Part shown: positions 37,714-50,045 of the stretch, in pieces
Layout of the letters: every line of letters begins with the position of its first letter
Numbering within the stretch: the first letter of the stretch is position 1
Source of the DNA: Octopus bimaculoides
Taxonomy: Eukaryota
DNA length: 64,000 nucleotides
Assembly: GCF_001194135.2 (NCBI RefSeq)
Contig: NC_068984.1
Coordinates: forward strand, 116,004,195-116,068,194
Reading direction: 5' to 3'
Position numbers and translations under genes: made by a program
The notes under the pieces: model-generated
What the model saw: only the letters and a program-made list of their open reading frames with translations
Databases searched by the model: none
What the model was told of the DNA's origin: nothing

Positions 37714-38961
37714 CAGGGGTTGGACAAAAATAATGGAAACACCTTAAAATTTCAAACAAATCTATTTTAATATGAGGTAGGACTGCCTTTGGCAGTAATT
37801 ACAGCTTGAATTCTACGAGGTATGGACTTGTACAAAGTTTGAATTGCTTCCAAAGGAAGTTTTGTCAATTCTTCAGCTAAAAAGTCCCCAGTTCTAGTAG
37901 TGATGATGGTGGAGTATATCGACTCTTTGCTTGTTTTTCTAAAATGCTCCATAAATATTCAATAACATTGAAATCTGGGGCCTGTGGCGGCCAGATAAAA
38001 TGTTCGTCTTCATTAGAATGTTCCTCGTGCAATTCAGTAACAACTTTAGCTACGTGTAATGATGCATTATCATCCTGAAAGATAGCGTTTTCCTCCGGAA
38101 ACAGTTCCGCAACCATAGAATGAATTTGATCAGAAAAATGCTTGACTATTAATACTGCCATGAAGGGAAACCATTAAGCCGGCGCATTTCCAAGATATAG
38201 CCCCACAGATACTCCTCCATGTTTAACAGTTGGAAGAAGTCAGTTTGGGTCAAATGTTCTTTTGGCTGTCTCCGCACGTATACTCGACCGGTGGTCGGAA
38301 ATAAGCTAAAGGATGACTCGTCCGAGAAAAGAACATTCTGCCACTGCTCTAGGACCAATTCTGTAGGTTTTTACTCCACTCTACACACTTTGCAACGTTT
38401 GTTTTGAAAGTAGTGGTTTTCTGATTGTAGCCCTTCCGTGAAATCCGGCTTTGTGCAGCTCCCGGCGAACAGTTTTTGTGGAAAGTGGGTTCTCGAGGTG
38501 CTCCTTAGCTCTGCATTAATTTTGGGAGCTGTAATTTTGTGATCCTTTCTAAGAATTCGCGTAAGAGTCCGACGGTCCCTATCTGAAAGTTTTGGTTTTC
38601 TTCCGGAGTTTTGTTTCCACGAATGGGGTTTTTCTCTCTTTCTCAAAGGCTGTCATTACTTTCGAGACAGTACTTCTTGATATACCAAACATTTCGACTG
38701 ATTTTGTTATTCTAGTGCCTGCCATACGAGCACCAACAATTTGACCTCTTTGAAAGTCCCATAGATCTATCATTTTAATGAATTTTAATTACCTTTTTCT
38801 GATGATATCTGAAAAGAAGCAGCAATTTTAGCAAAACATATTAAGCAACACTAATAATAAATTTAAAAGAACCTAAAAATAAACAAGTTTTTGACGGTTT
38901 TATAGATATTTCAAAATTATGATGCTATGATGCTAGGTGTTTCTATTATGTCAAACCCCTA
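37714..38961 (-). mobile_element. Full-length decayed Tc1-family transposon with DD36E spacing (Incomer-like)
   Basis: TIRs TA|CAGGGGTTGGACAAAAATAATGGAAACACCT and reverse complement TA|TAGGGGTTTGACATAATAGAAACACCT, TA flanks, length 1248 bp. Confidence 0.92.
37767..38773 (-). pseudogene. Frameshifted Tc1 transposase
   Basis: MIDLWDFQRGQIVGARMAG..SRSTVSKV; SGRKPKLSDRDRR; VLFSDESSFSLFPTTGRVYV; IFQDDNASLH..WPPQAPDFNVIEYLW; SIPRRIQAVITAKGSPTSY*. Confidence 0.92.
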
Positions 38962-40525
38962 TATTATAAACAGTTATTTATAAATAAATGAGATGTTAAA
39001 GATTAAATGAAAAATCCTAATGATTACATTAAGATTAAATTGGAATTTATCTCATGCTAGAGACTCAATGCTCTCATGATTTTTACTTATACATAGTCTA
39101 CTATACTTTACAAATATTCTATCAATAAATATGTAATTTCTATATTTAAAAGTTTTTCTTTTGGCAAGAATAAAAGAGAATTTAATGAAAAAAAAAAATA
39201 GAAGATGGCCACCAACATTCTGTTAGTCACCCAAACCACCCATCAATCTATGAGTGTTTGACAGCAGAATGAAGATATTTGTATTAATAAGCATACAAGC
39301 AATAAAGACAAAGAAAACTGTAAACGGAAAGAAAAATAGACGAACGTTCAACTCGTTAGCTTGATATATACAAAAAAGGAAACTAGATTCTCTGGAAGTC
39401 GTAAACATAAAATATTTAATGCATCTATCATAAAGCATGTCGTTCTATTCGCATTGCAACAGTAAATTTTCACACGTCATGCTGTCTCTAGTAAAGAAGG
39501 TCGTAAATAATCACTCAAAAATGCTAGAAATAATGGCCAAATATCACTTGTACACACACACTCATATTCACTATCACACAGCATACAGTTTTAGACTAAC
39601 AAAAGTTATATATTGGTAATATAGAACTATGAGTGGACCTTCGTCGCTCGACGATGAGACTTTATTTGTTCGATCAACCCAATTACGTGCCTCTTGAATT
39701 ACGTGTGATATAGTTGGTAACTTTGGTAGCATATTTCCCACCATGGGTAATATCAAGAAACATGGCTTATATATAATAACTTATATAATTTATGCAAAAT
39801 AGTGAAGCGAATACAGTCATTTTCAACAGAAAAATATATATTACGCTAAATAAAATTAAATGAAGCAAAATTCTCATTTATATAACTCTTCCCTTTACTA
39901 CTGTGTCATGTATTTTCCCCTTCCTTATCCTCCTTCCCTGTCTCAATGATTGTTTCTCTTCACTCCGCCTGTACTTCTTATAATAATTCTCTCAGTATCT
40001 TTTTTTTTTTTTTTACCTCTGTTTCTTTCTCTATATGATGTAAAGCGTCACGGAAGATTCAAGCAAGCGAGCAAGCAAACAAACAAGAAACCACCCACCC
40101 AATATTTATATCGGTTATTATTATCGCAGAAATGGCGAAATATTAATATCGGTAACCATCACTCCTGAATAGGATCTTGGGCGAGTTGTCTCGCATGTCT
40201 ATGACTTCCATGTGTTTTAATACCCAGTGCAAACGGGGCGTCATCTTTCAAGCGATTTTCCGCAGTGAACCGGCGAACATNNNNNNNNNNNNNNNNNNNN
40301 NNNNNNNNNNNNNNNNNNNNNNNNNNNNNNNNNNNNNNNNNNNNNNNNNNNNNNNNNNNNNNNNNNNNNNNNNNNNNNNNNNNNNNNNNNNNNNNNNNNN
40401 NNNNNNNNNNNNNNNNNNNNNNNNNNNNNNNNNNNNNNNNNNNNNNNNNNNNNNNNNNNNNNNNNNNNNNNNNNNNNNNNNNNNNNNNNNNNNNNNNNNN
40501 NNNNNNNNNNNNNATATATATATAT

Positions 40526-40626
40526 ATACGACGGGCTTCTTTCAGTTTCTGTCTACCAAATCCACTCACAAAGCTTTGGTCGGCCTGAGGCTATTGTAGA
40601 AGCCACTTTCCTAATGTGCCACACAG
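40526..40626 (-). mobile_element. Family-A SINE, 5' part
   Basis: ACGACGGGCTTCTTTCAGTTTCTGTCTACCAAATCCACTCACAAAGCTTTGGTCGGCC; its internal (TA)n abuts the gap. Confidence 0.85.
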
Positions 40627-41284
40627 TAAGACAAACAAAAGAGAAAGAGAGAGAGAGAGATAGAAGATATATGTGTGTGCGTGTGCGTATGTGTGTGTCT
40701 GCCTGTGTGTGTGTGTGTGTCTGCCTGCGTGTGTGCGTGAGTGTGCGCGTGCATATGTGCCTTTTTTGCGTGTATGTGAACACATATGTATGTGTGTGTT
40801 TTCTGAGTTGTTTACTCTATACTGAATTAAAGACAGATGTCAATCTCCCTTACATTTTGTCTGACAGAAACCGGTAACAAATACCGCTGTTGTTCCTTAC
40901 TATCCATATTTAATAAAATGACAGATATACACGTCCAAAAGACATAGCGATATGACAACAACGTGCAGCCTGTGTTGGATATATATGCTACTCGGTAGCT
41001 CCACGTAATTAGCAGGGATGCATGTACGAAGGTATGTTGGTGACAAAAATTAAAGATGTAGTTAATTTTGAAAGCAGGTAAGTAGACAGACAGATAGGTA
41101 GATAGTCTTTAAACATGCCTCTAAATAAATAGATAAATAAATAAATAAATAGGCAAAGGTGGGATTGAAGCATTGAGTCTCGTACATCATATCAGCGATC
41201 ATTTAAATTGATAAATTTATTTGTTAATGCACGTACTCTTTCGCTCTCTCTACACACACACAAACACACACAAACAAACACACA

Positions 41285-41372
<88 letters not shown>

Positions 41373-41400
41373 NNNNNNNNNNTATATATATATATACATA

Positions 41401-41476
<76 letters not shown>

Positions 41477-41597
41477 CATACATACATATATACATACATA
41501 CATATATGTGTATATACATACATGCATATATATACATACATGTATATATATATATATATCCATACATACATATATACATACACATATATACATATAC

Positions 41598-41640
<43 letters not shown>

Positions 41641-42006
41641 NNNNNNNNNNNNNNNNNNNNNNNNNNNNNNNNNNNNNNNNNNNNNNNNNNNNNNNNNNNN
41701 NNNNNNNNNNNNNNNNNNNNNNNNNNNNNNNNNNNNNNNNNNNNNNNNNNNNNNNNNNNNNNNNNNNNNNNNNNNNNNNNNNNNNNNNNNNNNNNNNNNN
41801 NNNNNNNNNNNNNNNNNNNNNNNNNNNNNNNNNNNNNNNNNNNNNNNNNNNNNNNNNNNNNNNNNNNNNNNNNNNNNNNNNNNNNNNNNNNNNNNNNNNN
41901 NNNNNNNNNNNNNNNNNNNNNNNNNNNNNNNNNNNNNNNNNNNNNNNNNNNNNNNNNNNNNNNNNNNNNNNNNNNNNNNNNNNNNNNNNNNNNNNNNNNN
42001 NNNNNN

Positions 42007-42073
<67 letters not shown>

Positions 42074-42398
42074 TTCTTTACCGGTTTTTGTTACTGGTTA
42101 CATCACCATTAACGGTGATGCCAGAGATATCTGAAACGTGTGTAATGCTGCTCCATATTGCCAGCCTCTTGCAACATTATAGCACTAACGCACGCTTGCG
42201 GTGCGCACAATCACTGTTGTGTGGTGCGAATGTGTGTGTATATTTGTGTATGTGTTTCTGCCTACGAGCATCTAATAATTAAAGTGGCAGAGATAAAAAA
42301 AGGCATGCATGCACACACGCACGCACTCACGTACGTATGCACGCACGTACTCACGCACGCACGCAGATACCCACACCCACAAACACACGCCCCCTGAC

Positions 42399-42452
<54 letters not shown>

Positions 42453-43139
42453 ATCTCGCTTTCTCTCCTTCTCTGTATATATATATNNNNNNNNNNNNNN
42501 NNNNNNNNNNNNNNNNNNNNNNNNNNNNNNNNNNNNNNNNNNNNNNNNNNNNNNNNNNNNNNNNNNNNNNNNNNNNNNNNNNNNNNNNNNNNNNNNNNNN
42601 NNNNNNNNNNNNNNNNNNNNNNNNNNNNNNNNNNNNNNNNNNNNNNNNNNNNNNNNNNNNNNNNNNNNNNNNNNNNNNNNNNNNNNNNNNNNNNNNNNNN
42701 NNNNNNNNNNNNNNNNNNNNNNNNNNNNNNNNNNNNNNNNNNNNNNNNNNNNNNNNNNNNNNNNNNNNNNNNNNNNNNNNNNNNNNNNNNNNNNNNNNNN
42801 NNNNNNNNNNNNNNNNNNNNNNNNNNNNNNNNNNNNNNNNNNNNNNNNNNNNNNNNNNNNNNNNNNNNNNNNNNNNNNNNNNNNNNNNNNNNNNNNNNNN
42901 NNNNNNNNNNNNNNNNNNNNNNNNNNNNNNNNNNNNNNNNNNNNNNNNNNNNNNNNNNNNNNNNNNNNNNNNNNNNNNNNNNNNNNNNNNNNNNNNNNNN
43001 NNNNNNNNNNNNNNNNNNNNNNNNNNNNNNNNNNNNNNNNNNNNNNNNNNNNNNNNNNNNNNNNNNNNNNNNNNNNNNNNNNNNNNNNNNNNNNNNNNNN
43101 NNNNNNNNNACACACACACACACACACACGCACGCACAA

Positions 43140-43171
<32 letters not shown>

Positions 43172-43384
43172 ATATATATATGTGTATGTATATGTGTGTA
43201 TATATATGTGTGTGTGTGTATGTATATATGTATGTGTATATGTGTGTATATATGTCTTTAGTGTAAATTTGTATATAAAATGAACGAGAACCACCTAAGA
43301 GGAGTAACTGCGGGGCATGTATTTGAACAACAAAAACGAATAGAAGTATATGAAATAACATAGAAGATAAGTTCTTGATATATT

Positions 43385-43746
43385 CCTTTCTACTTTAGGC
43401 ACAAGACCCGAAATTTTCGAATGAAAGGCAGAGTCGAACTCAGCGGAATTTGAACTCAGAACGCAAAGACAGACGAAATACCGCTAAGCATTCACCTGGC
43501 GTGCTCGCGTTTCTTATTTCTTTATAGCCCACAAGGGGCTAAACACAGAGGGGACAAACAAGGACAGACAATGGGATTAAGTCGATTACATCGATCCCAG
43601 TGCGTAACTGGTACTTAATTTATCGACCCGGAAAGGATGAAAGGCACAGTCGACCTCGGCGGAATTTGAACTCAGAACATAAAGACAGATGAAATACAGC
43701 TAAGCATTTCGCCCGACGTGCTAGCGTTTCTACCAGCTCGATGCCT
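43385..43746 (-). mobile_element. Dimeric family-B SINE with 17-bp target-site duplication
   Basis: A full unit (43515-43746) plus a second internally deleted unit (43385-43514), bracketed by TAAGTTCTTGATATATT at 43368-43384 and 43747-43763. Confidence 0.9.
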
Positions 43747-44359
43747 TAAGTTCTTGATATATTGAAATCATTTCCGTTTGCAGACAGGCTTGACAAATTG
43801 ATTAGTAACTACTGGAACCAACTCCAAATATCTAGGTGTAGGCTGTATATAATCAAATATCTAGAATTTCCTAAACCTGTCATGTCCTTCAATAAAAGAC
43901 AGTTTCATTGTTGGGAGATAAAAATACGGCTGGGCTCGTATGTTTCTGCTTCTTAAGGCATCATCAGCGATAATTGTTCTATCGCAATTTCAGCTATGCA
44001 AGTTAGATAGTTATATTGAATGTATGAGCAAGTGTAACGCTGAGGCTGAGAGGGTAAATGTTGATGATACAATACGCTTAAAACAGTAATTAGAAAACAG
44101 AGTGAGATTACTTGCCGAACGAGCTTTACAAACGCAATGCATTACTATGTTATTCATTCTTTTCACTTATATTCTCGCCCGTTCTCTGTCTGTCTGTCTG
44201 TCTGTCTCTCACTCTCTCATGCGGACACTCACACACACATACACACACATGTACACACAAATACACACGCTCTCTCTCCTACGCACGCTCACAAACACAC
44301 ATACACTCTCTATCTCTAACACGTACACACATATACACACTCTCTCTCACACAGTCTCT

Positions 44360-44392
<33 letters not shown>

Positions 44393-44935
44393 CCAACTAC
44401 CTACTTTTACGGCTACAAGTTAAGCTGCATAATTTTGCTTCTATACATCCCAGTATTGCTGAATTGCAAAAGATAATGATTTCATAATTTGTCGTATATT
44501 GAAAAGAATCCCGTCATTTTCGACAGGTACTACACTAGTGTGTATATAATACAGTATACTGGGGCGCTAAAAGCATCCAGCAGCTAACAGAATCATCGCT
44601 AAATGGAAAATATACTTTTAGGATTATTATTGTTTACGTTTTACATCCTATTTCGAGGCAACTGCGAGACGTGCGACAGAATTCCGGTCTGTAAGAGAAA
44701 CATATAAAAAGCTAGAAATATTGCACATTCTTTCATCTTTTAGTTATGGTGCTCTGAGGCCTCGCTTTGAAATAAACCAGTAAAATGTGAAACGTTATTT
44801 AAACGTATGCAACACATATGTCAAGAAAAGGCATCCAGAATATCAAACGCACACACACACATTTTATATAATATATATATATATATATTATACTTATATA
44901 TTACACAAAATATTTATATTGTATACATATATATC

Positions 44936-44969
<34 letters not shown>

Positions 44970-45195
44970 TATATAAATTCAGTATACATATATACTGCTT
45001 ACATGGTCACAAACACACACACAAACTACCCTGTTTGATGTTATCGAAATTCCAATGAAAGAATGCTGTTTCAATGCTAAAATCCGAAAAGAAAAAATTA
45101 AAACATAAAACCAAGAATGCACACACACACACACACGCACACACATTCAGAGACACATACACATACATACATATAAACATACAAACAGTCACACA

Positions 45196-45263
<68 letters not shown>

Positions 45264-45299
45264 CCTATATATATCTCTCAGTTAACTTTCACCCCATCC

Positions 45300-45850
45300 T
45301 TTTTTACACCACAACCACCATTACTACCACCGACACAATCACCCCCTACCATCATTGCCGCCACCACTTCCGCCGCCACCGCCACCGCCACCTCCACCTC
45401 CACCAGCACCAGCACCACTATCTCCGCCGCCACCGCCACCTTAAACATGTCAACGACCATTATATCTACGCTTCTTTTCTTTCATTGTTTTCACGATCGT
45501 TATCACTGTCACGCACAACCATTTTATTATGGCAACTACAACTTTTACGTACGCCTCTACCATCTTCTCAATCGCCGTCTCCACTTTGATATTCTTCACC
45601 GTAATTCTCAGTAGCACTACCACCAACACAATTACCATCTTTCACTCTAGCACAATCTGCTATCACCATCTTCATTATCACCATCACTTCCATGACAGCC
45701 AACATTAACACCATCAATATTCTCACCTCATCAACTCACTTCAGCCCCATATCTACTTCAACCGTACAGCGCTAACACTCCTCCACCTATAACTATCAGG
45801 CTTAAATATATTTCCATTATCACTCTAACAAACCATCACCATCACTACTC
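45300..45850. repeat. Cryptic CAC/CAT-rich low-complexity tract
   Basis: Degenerate (CAC)n/(CGC)n/(CAT)n mosaic. Confidence 0.75.
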
Positions 45851-45994
45851 TTTCGAGCACATGTATCCTTATCCTTATCGGACAGAAACAGCGTGATGCA
45901 TATATGTATATACACACGGTAACTTATATTACACGAATCTGGTGATAAAGTGAAATTGACAATCATCATTCTAGTACATGAAAATTGTCTACAC

Positions 45995-46244
45995 CAGTGG
46001 TTCTTAAGCGGAGTCCATATGACCCTTGGAAGTCCCTATATATTTTGTGCTTAAAATTGATGTGCAATAAATTGCTTATTTTTCTACAATGCACAAAATA
46101 TCTTCACAATATTTTATATAATTCCTGAAAATATTTAATTACAGATATATGATAATGATTCATTTAAACAGCGGATGAATATTAGTAGTATAGGAATCAA
46201 TGGGGTCCATAGCCCCCCCCCCCCCAAATGTTTGAGAACCTCTG
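45995..46244. mobile_element. hAT (Charlie-type) MITE, 250 bp
   Basis: Ends CAGTGGTTCTTAA and TTTGAGAACCTCTG (reverse complement CAGAGGTTCTCAAA). Degenerate 8-bp TSD GTCTACAC / ACCTAAAC, 5 of 8 matching. Confidence 0.7.
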
Positions 46245-47433
46245 ACCTAAACTATCGATACCATAACTAATCTATGGGGGTCAGAAACTCCGCTTAACAA
46301 CATTATCCCTATACCTTACATCAACATCATCAACTTCAACATTGCTGCAGCCCATACTACAGGTCAATGACCACCATCGATAACTGCACAACGATATATT
46401 TTCTCCCCAGTATATCTTTTTTTTTTGTCTGTAATTGATTAGATCACAATCCTTATTTAGTCCCTGAAGGCGAAAGAGAATATGCATTTTGTTGGACTCA
46501 CTGTTTCGGGTAATGCACGCATGTATCCATCTATCTTGCTAGTTAATATTATTCGCTCGCCGTATACCTCTCTTATAGCCAATTCCGGTTTAGCTGGATT
46601 ATTTTGCTCACGATTAGGATACTGAGTTCCAAGAACCAGTGCCATTTCGAATACTAATGCGGTACTACAATAAGTGTAGAATTCGTGCTTACCTATTCTA
46701 TAGTTTTATCGGTGCCTTCTCACCCACTGAGCTTCTTTCAGTTTCTGTCTACTAAATTCTGAACCCAGGACTATGTGATTGAAAAGCAGACTTCTTACGA
46801 TGTACACATACAAACCTGCGTCTATACAGCCACATCTTATCAAAAGTTAAAAAAACAACATGCTAAATGGATGCCTCTAGACCTATAATAGAATATAGTT
46901 CATCTCTTTTGTAGGTTCTGCCGCTACATACATTTCCATTCAGTTTAACCTCATTACGGTAATGTTTAACATTATATACCTGAATCGAAACGACTCAGCT
47001 ACAAACTTCAATCAATCTTCCACTGATTGTAATCTCGGTGATAGTTTTTGCAATATTCGACTAACCGTTTTTGTTACATTTTTAAATTCCTTTTCCCCCT
47101 AAAGAAATAAATGGAAGCTAGGCTCTGTACAAGAAAAATTACAAACTGTAAAATCCTTCACCCAATAATCTTCTTGTCTATTTGACTTAATGCGTTCTTG
47201 CCTAATTGCTATCTCTGCTATTTCTAGCACGAGAAAATCCGCTTACGTTTACCATCGTTGTTATTCTAACGAGAATGACGTTACAAATGTCATTATAATA
47301 AAACATATGAATAGAACCACAACTGTCATATTGCTCTTCTTACTGAAAAATGTGTTATGCTCAGACAAAGACTTAACAATTAAAAGAGTGAGAACGTATA
47401 TGCTTTTGGAGAGACAACAAATATCTTTATATG

Positions 47434-47555
47434 GGCGCAAGAGTGGCTGTGTAGTATAAGTAACTTGCTTACCAACCACAAGGTTCTGGGTTCAGTCCCA
47501 CTGCGTGGCACCTTGGGCAAGTGACTCCTAATATAGCCCCGGGCCAATCAAACCC
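47434..47555 (+). mobile_element. Family-A SINE, 5' part
   Basis: GGCGCAAGAGTGGCTGTGTAGT..GGGTTCAGTCCCACTGCGTGGCACCTTGGGCAAGTG. Confidence 0.85.
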
Positions 47556-47577
47556 CCGTGCAGAAACTGCAATAATA

Positions 47578-47795
47578 CTAGTGGGATGTTGAAAAGTTCC
47601 CGGTTTCGGGTAAAAGAAAATACAAGAGGATCAGTTAATTATGATTTTATTCAAATAATTCTCCTCTCAGATTCACACATTTATTGCAGTGGTCCTTCAG
47701 TTTTTCTAAGCCCTGTAAAAGAACTCGGAACGTTGGACCTCCATCCAAGCCTTTCGTGACAGCCTTAAAGCCGGGAACTTTTCAGCACCCCTTTG
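47578..47795 (-). mobile_element. Mariner-derived MITE (internal deletion derivative)
   Basis: TIRs GGGATGTTGAAAAGTTCCCGGTTT and reverse complement GGGGTGCTGAAAAGTTCCCGGCTTT, with TA on the left. The minus strand retains the transposase C-terminus LQGLEKLKDHCNKCVNLRGELFE*. Confidence 0.85.
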
Positions 47796-48310
47796 TCCGT
47801 TCTAAAGTATTGTTTGTTCTCTCATGAATTTATCAGCTAACCTATAATCGTTGAATTGTTATTCACTGGGAAACAAGTGAAATGTGGATTTGACATGAAT
47901 TAGTTGTCTTCATTAATTTTATGATGTACCTGTATGATTTCAATGTAACCTGGTTTCAGTTGCCATAAATCTTCATTCAAATCTTTCCATTCACCACTAT
48001 TTCTCTCTCGCTTTTCGATTGTCTCCCTCTGAGTTTCTGCTTCTCTTTTCCAAGGCCTTGTTAATTATGTCTCTCTTGCTACTTACACTGTACCTCTCAT
48101 TCAACATTAGTGGCATTCTCTCCCCCCTCTCTCTTACTTTCTCTACTTTCTCTACTGTCCCTTCGTCTTCATTGCAGACAACAAGCTCACTTTGGCCTGT
48201 CTTTTCCCTCATATACTCGGCCACCATTTAAATCTATCTACGAGCAACTTACTCCCTATATTCGTTTCTCTCTTTCTTATTACAAACTTGTCTTTGACGG
48301 ACACTATCAT

Positions 48311-48389
48311 CTCTCTCGTCTCTCTCGTCTCTCTCGTCTCTCTCGTCTCTCTCGTCTCTCTCGTCTCTCTCGTCTCTCTCGTCTCTCTC
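48311..48389. repeat. 9-bp tandem repeat (CTCTCTCGT) x8.8
   Basis: Read directly; gives the SRL and LVS periodic ORFs. Confidence 0.95.
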
Positions 48390-48521
48390 CCTTCTACCTC
48401 TTCATCATTCGATCACTATCTTTCTCTCACATCCCTTCTCTATTTCCTTCCGATTCTCCGTTATTAACTCGTCATTTCATCATTGTTTCTCACAGTTCAA
48501 CACTCACTCTCACTCACTCAC

Positions 48522-48563
<42 letters not shown>

Positions 48564-48567
48564 TTTC

Positions 48568-48609
<42 letters not shown>

Positions 48610-49084
48610 CATCTCTCCATTTCTCCTTATTTGTCTCTCAGTTTTGTCTTTGTCATTTACCTTTGTTTGCAATTACACTGTTACTTCCACCTTTCAGGTT
48701 TGCGCACGCTTCTCATTCCGTACTTCAATTCTTTTCCTTCACAATTTATCACATGCATTTCCGCTTCCTGCCGACCTTTTATAGCTTTCTTTCACCTCGT
48801 GGCCATTAAATATTACTTTACAAATGGCTTTTGTTAATTCAATGTAATTCATTGTCCAATTAAGAAAACTCGTATGACCTGCGCTTAGTTTTCATATCTC
48901 TTGGCGTTCATTTTATCTTCTCTTGCTCGCCACTGCAATCACTACTTTTACTTCTCCTTCCACCTTCCTTATATATTCTACTCTCTCAATGACCCAACCT
49001 CTGTCTTTTCCCTCTCGCTAGCCATGAGATATTTATCGCGCCCTCCCAGACGAAGAGATTTATCCAGAGAAAGTGCATCGGAAG

Positions 49085-49265
49085 AAAAAAAATGCTTAGC
49101 AGTATTTCTTCGGGCGCCTTAAATTCTGTCGAAAATTCTGCCGAAATCTACCTTGCATTTCATCGTATTAAAGTACGAATAATTACCACTTGAACATTGG
49201 AGTCTGTAATAGACTCACCCTCTTCCCTAAAATTGCTGGCTAGTGCCAAAATTTGAAACCATTTA
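49085..49265 (+). mobile_element. Degenerate family-B SINE
   Basis: AAATGCTTAGCAGTATTTC..AAATTCTGCCGAAATCTACCTTGCATTTCATC..AAATTGCTGGCTAGTGCCAAAATTTGAAACC. Confidence 0.6.
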
Positions 49266-49678
49266 AAGATAGTGATTTGGCAGAATGGACAAAATGCCAG
49301 ACGAAATGCTTAATGTTTTTTCTTCCGGTACTTTATGTTCCGTCATTTAGGTATGAATGAAATAAATACAAGTTAAATACTGAGTCAATCTAATCGCGAT
49401 ATAAACTTCATTTGTTTGTCTGAATATATTTTTATTATTTTACCCAAGTCAGTACGTTTCCGAGGATTGTATATTGCCATAGTATTCAATNNNNNNNNNN
49501 NNNNNNNNNNNNNNNNNNNNNNNNNNNNNNNNNNNNNNNNNNNNNNNNNNNNNNNNNNNNNNNNNNNNNNNNNNNNNNNNNNNTATATATCTGTAAAAAT
49601 ATGTGACACTTTTTACAGATAAATTCCTCTATTTGCATAATATCGAGGTCTCTTACTTTCTTTTGTTGCCATTCCTGT

Positions 49679-49721
<43 letters not shown>

Positions 49722-50045
49722 GCGCAAGCAAGGATGTGTGGTTAAAACAAATCACTTTGTAACCATATAGTTTCGGGTTCAATCCCACTGTCCAGCATTT
49801 TGGACAAGCGTTTTCTACTATAGACACTAGACCACCAGGGCTTTGTCAGCGAATTTGGTTAATGGAAACTGCGTGAAAGACCATCGCATGTATTAACGTT
49901 TGTGTATACTATGCGTGTCTGTGTGTTTCAACCACCGATTGACAACAAGTTGGTTTGTTTACGTCTCCGTAATTCAGCGATTTGGCAAAATTGCTGAATA
50001 GGATTAATACCAGACATCCAAAATAAGTACTGAAGTGGATCTGCT
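49722..50045 (+). mobile_element. Degenerate family-A SINE
   Basis: GGGTTCAATCCCACTG..GGAAACTGCGTGAAAGACCATCG..TTGACAAC..TTTACGTCTCCGTAA. Confidence 0.7.

Noticed and set aside
40165-40215. Cadherin-like EVIDMRDNSP (protocadherin fragment?)
   Set aside because: It lacks the DxNDN consensus and any other cadherin motif in frame.
47997-48227. 76-aa charged ORF MVAEYMREKTGQ...
   Set aside because: It is explained by GA-rich low-complexity composition, with no motif or splice support.
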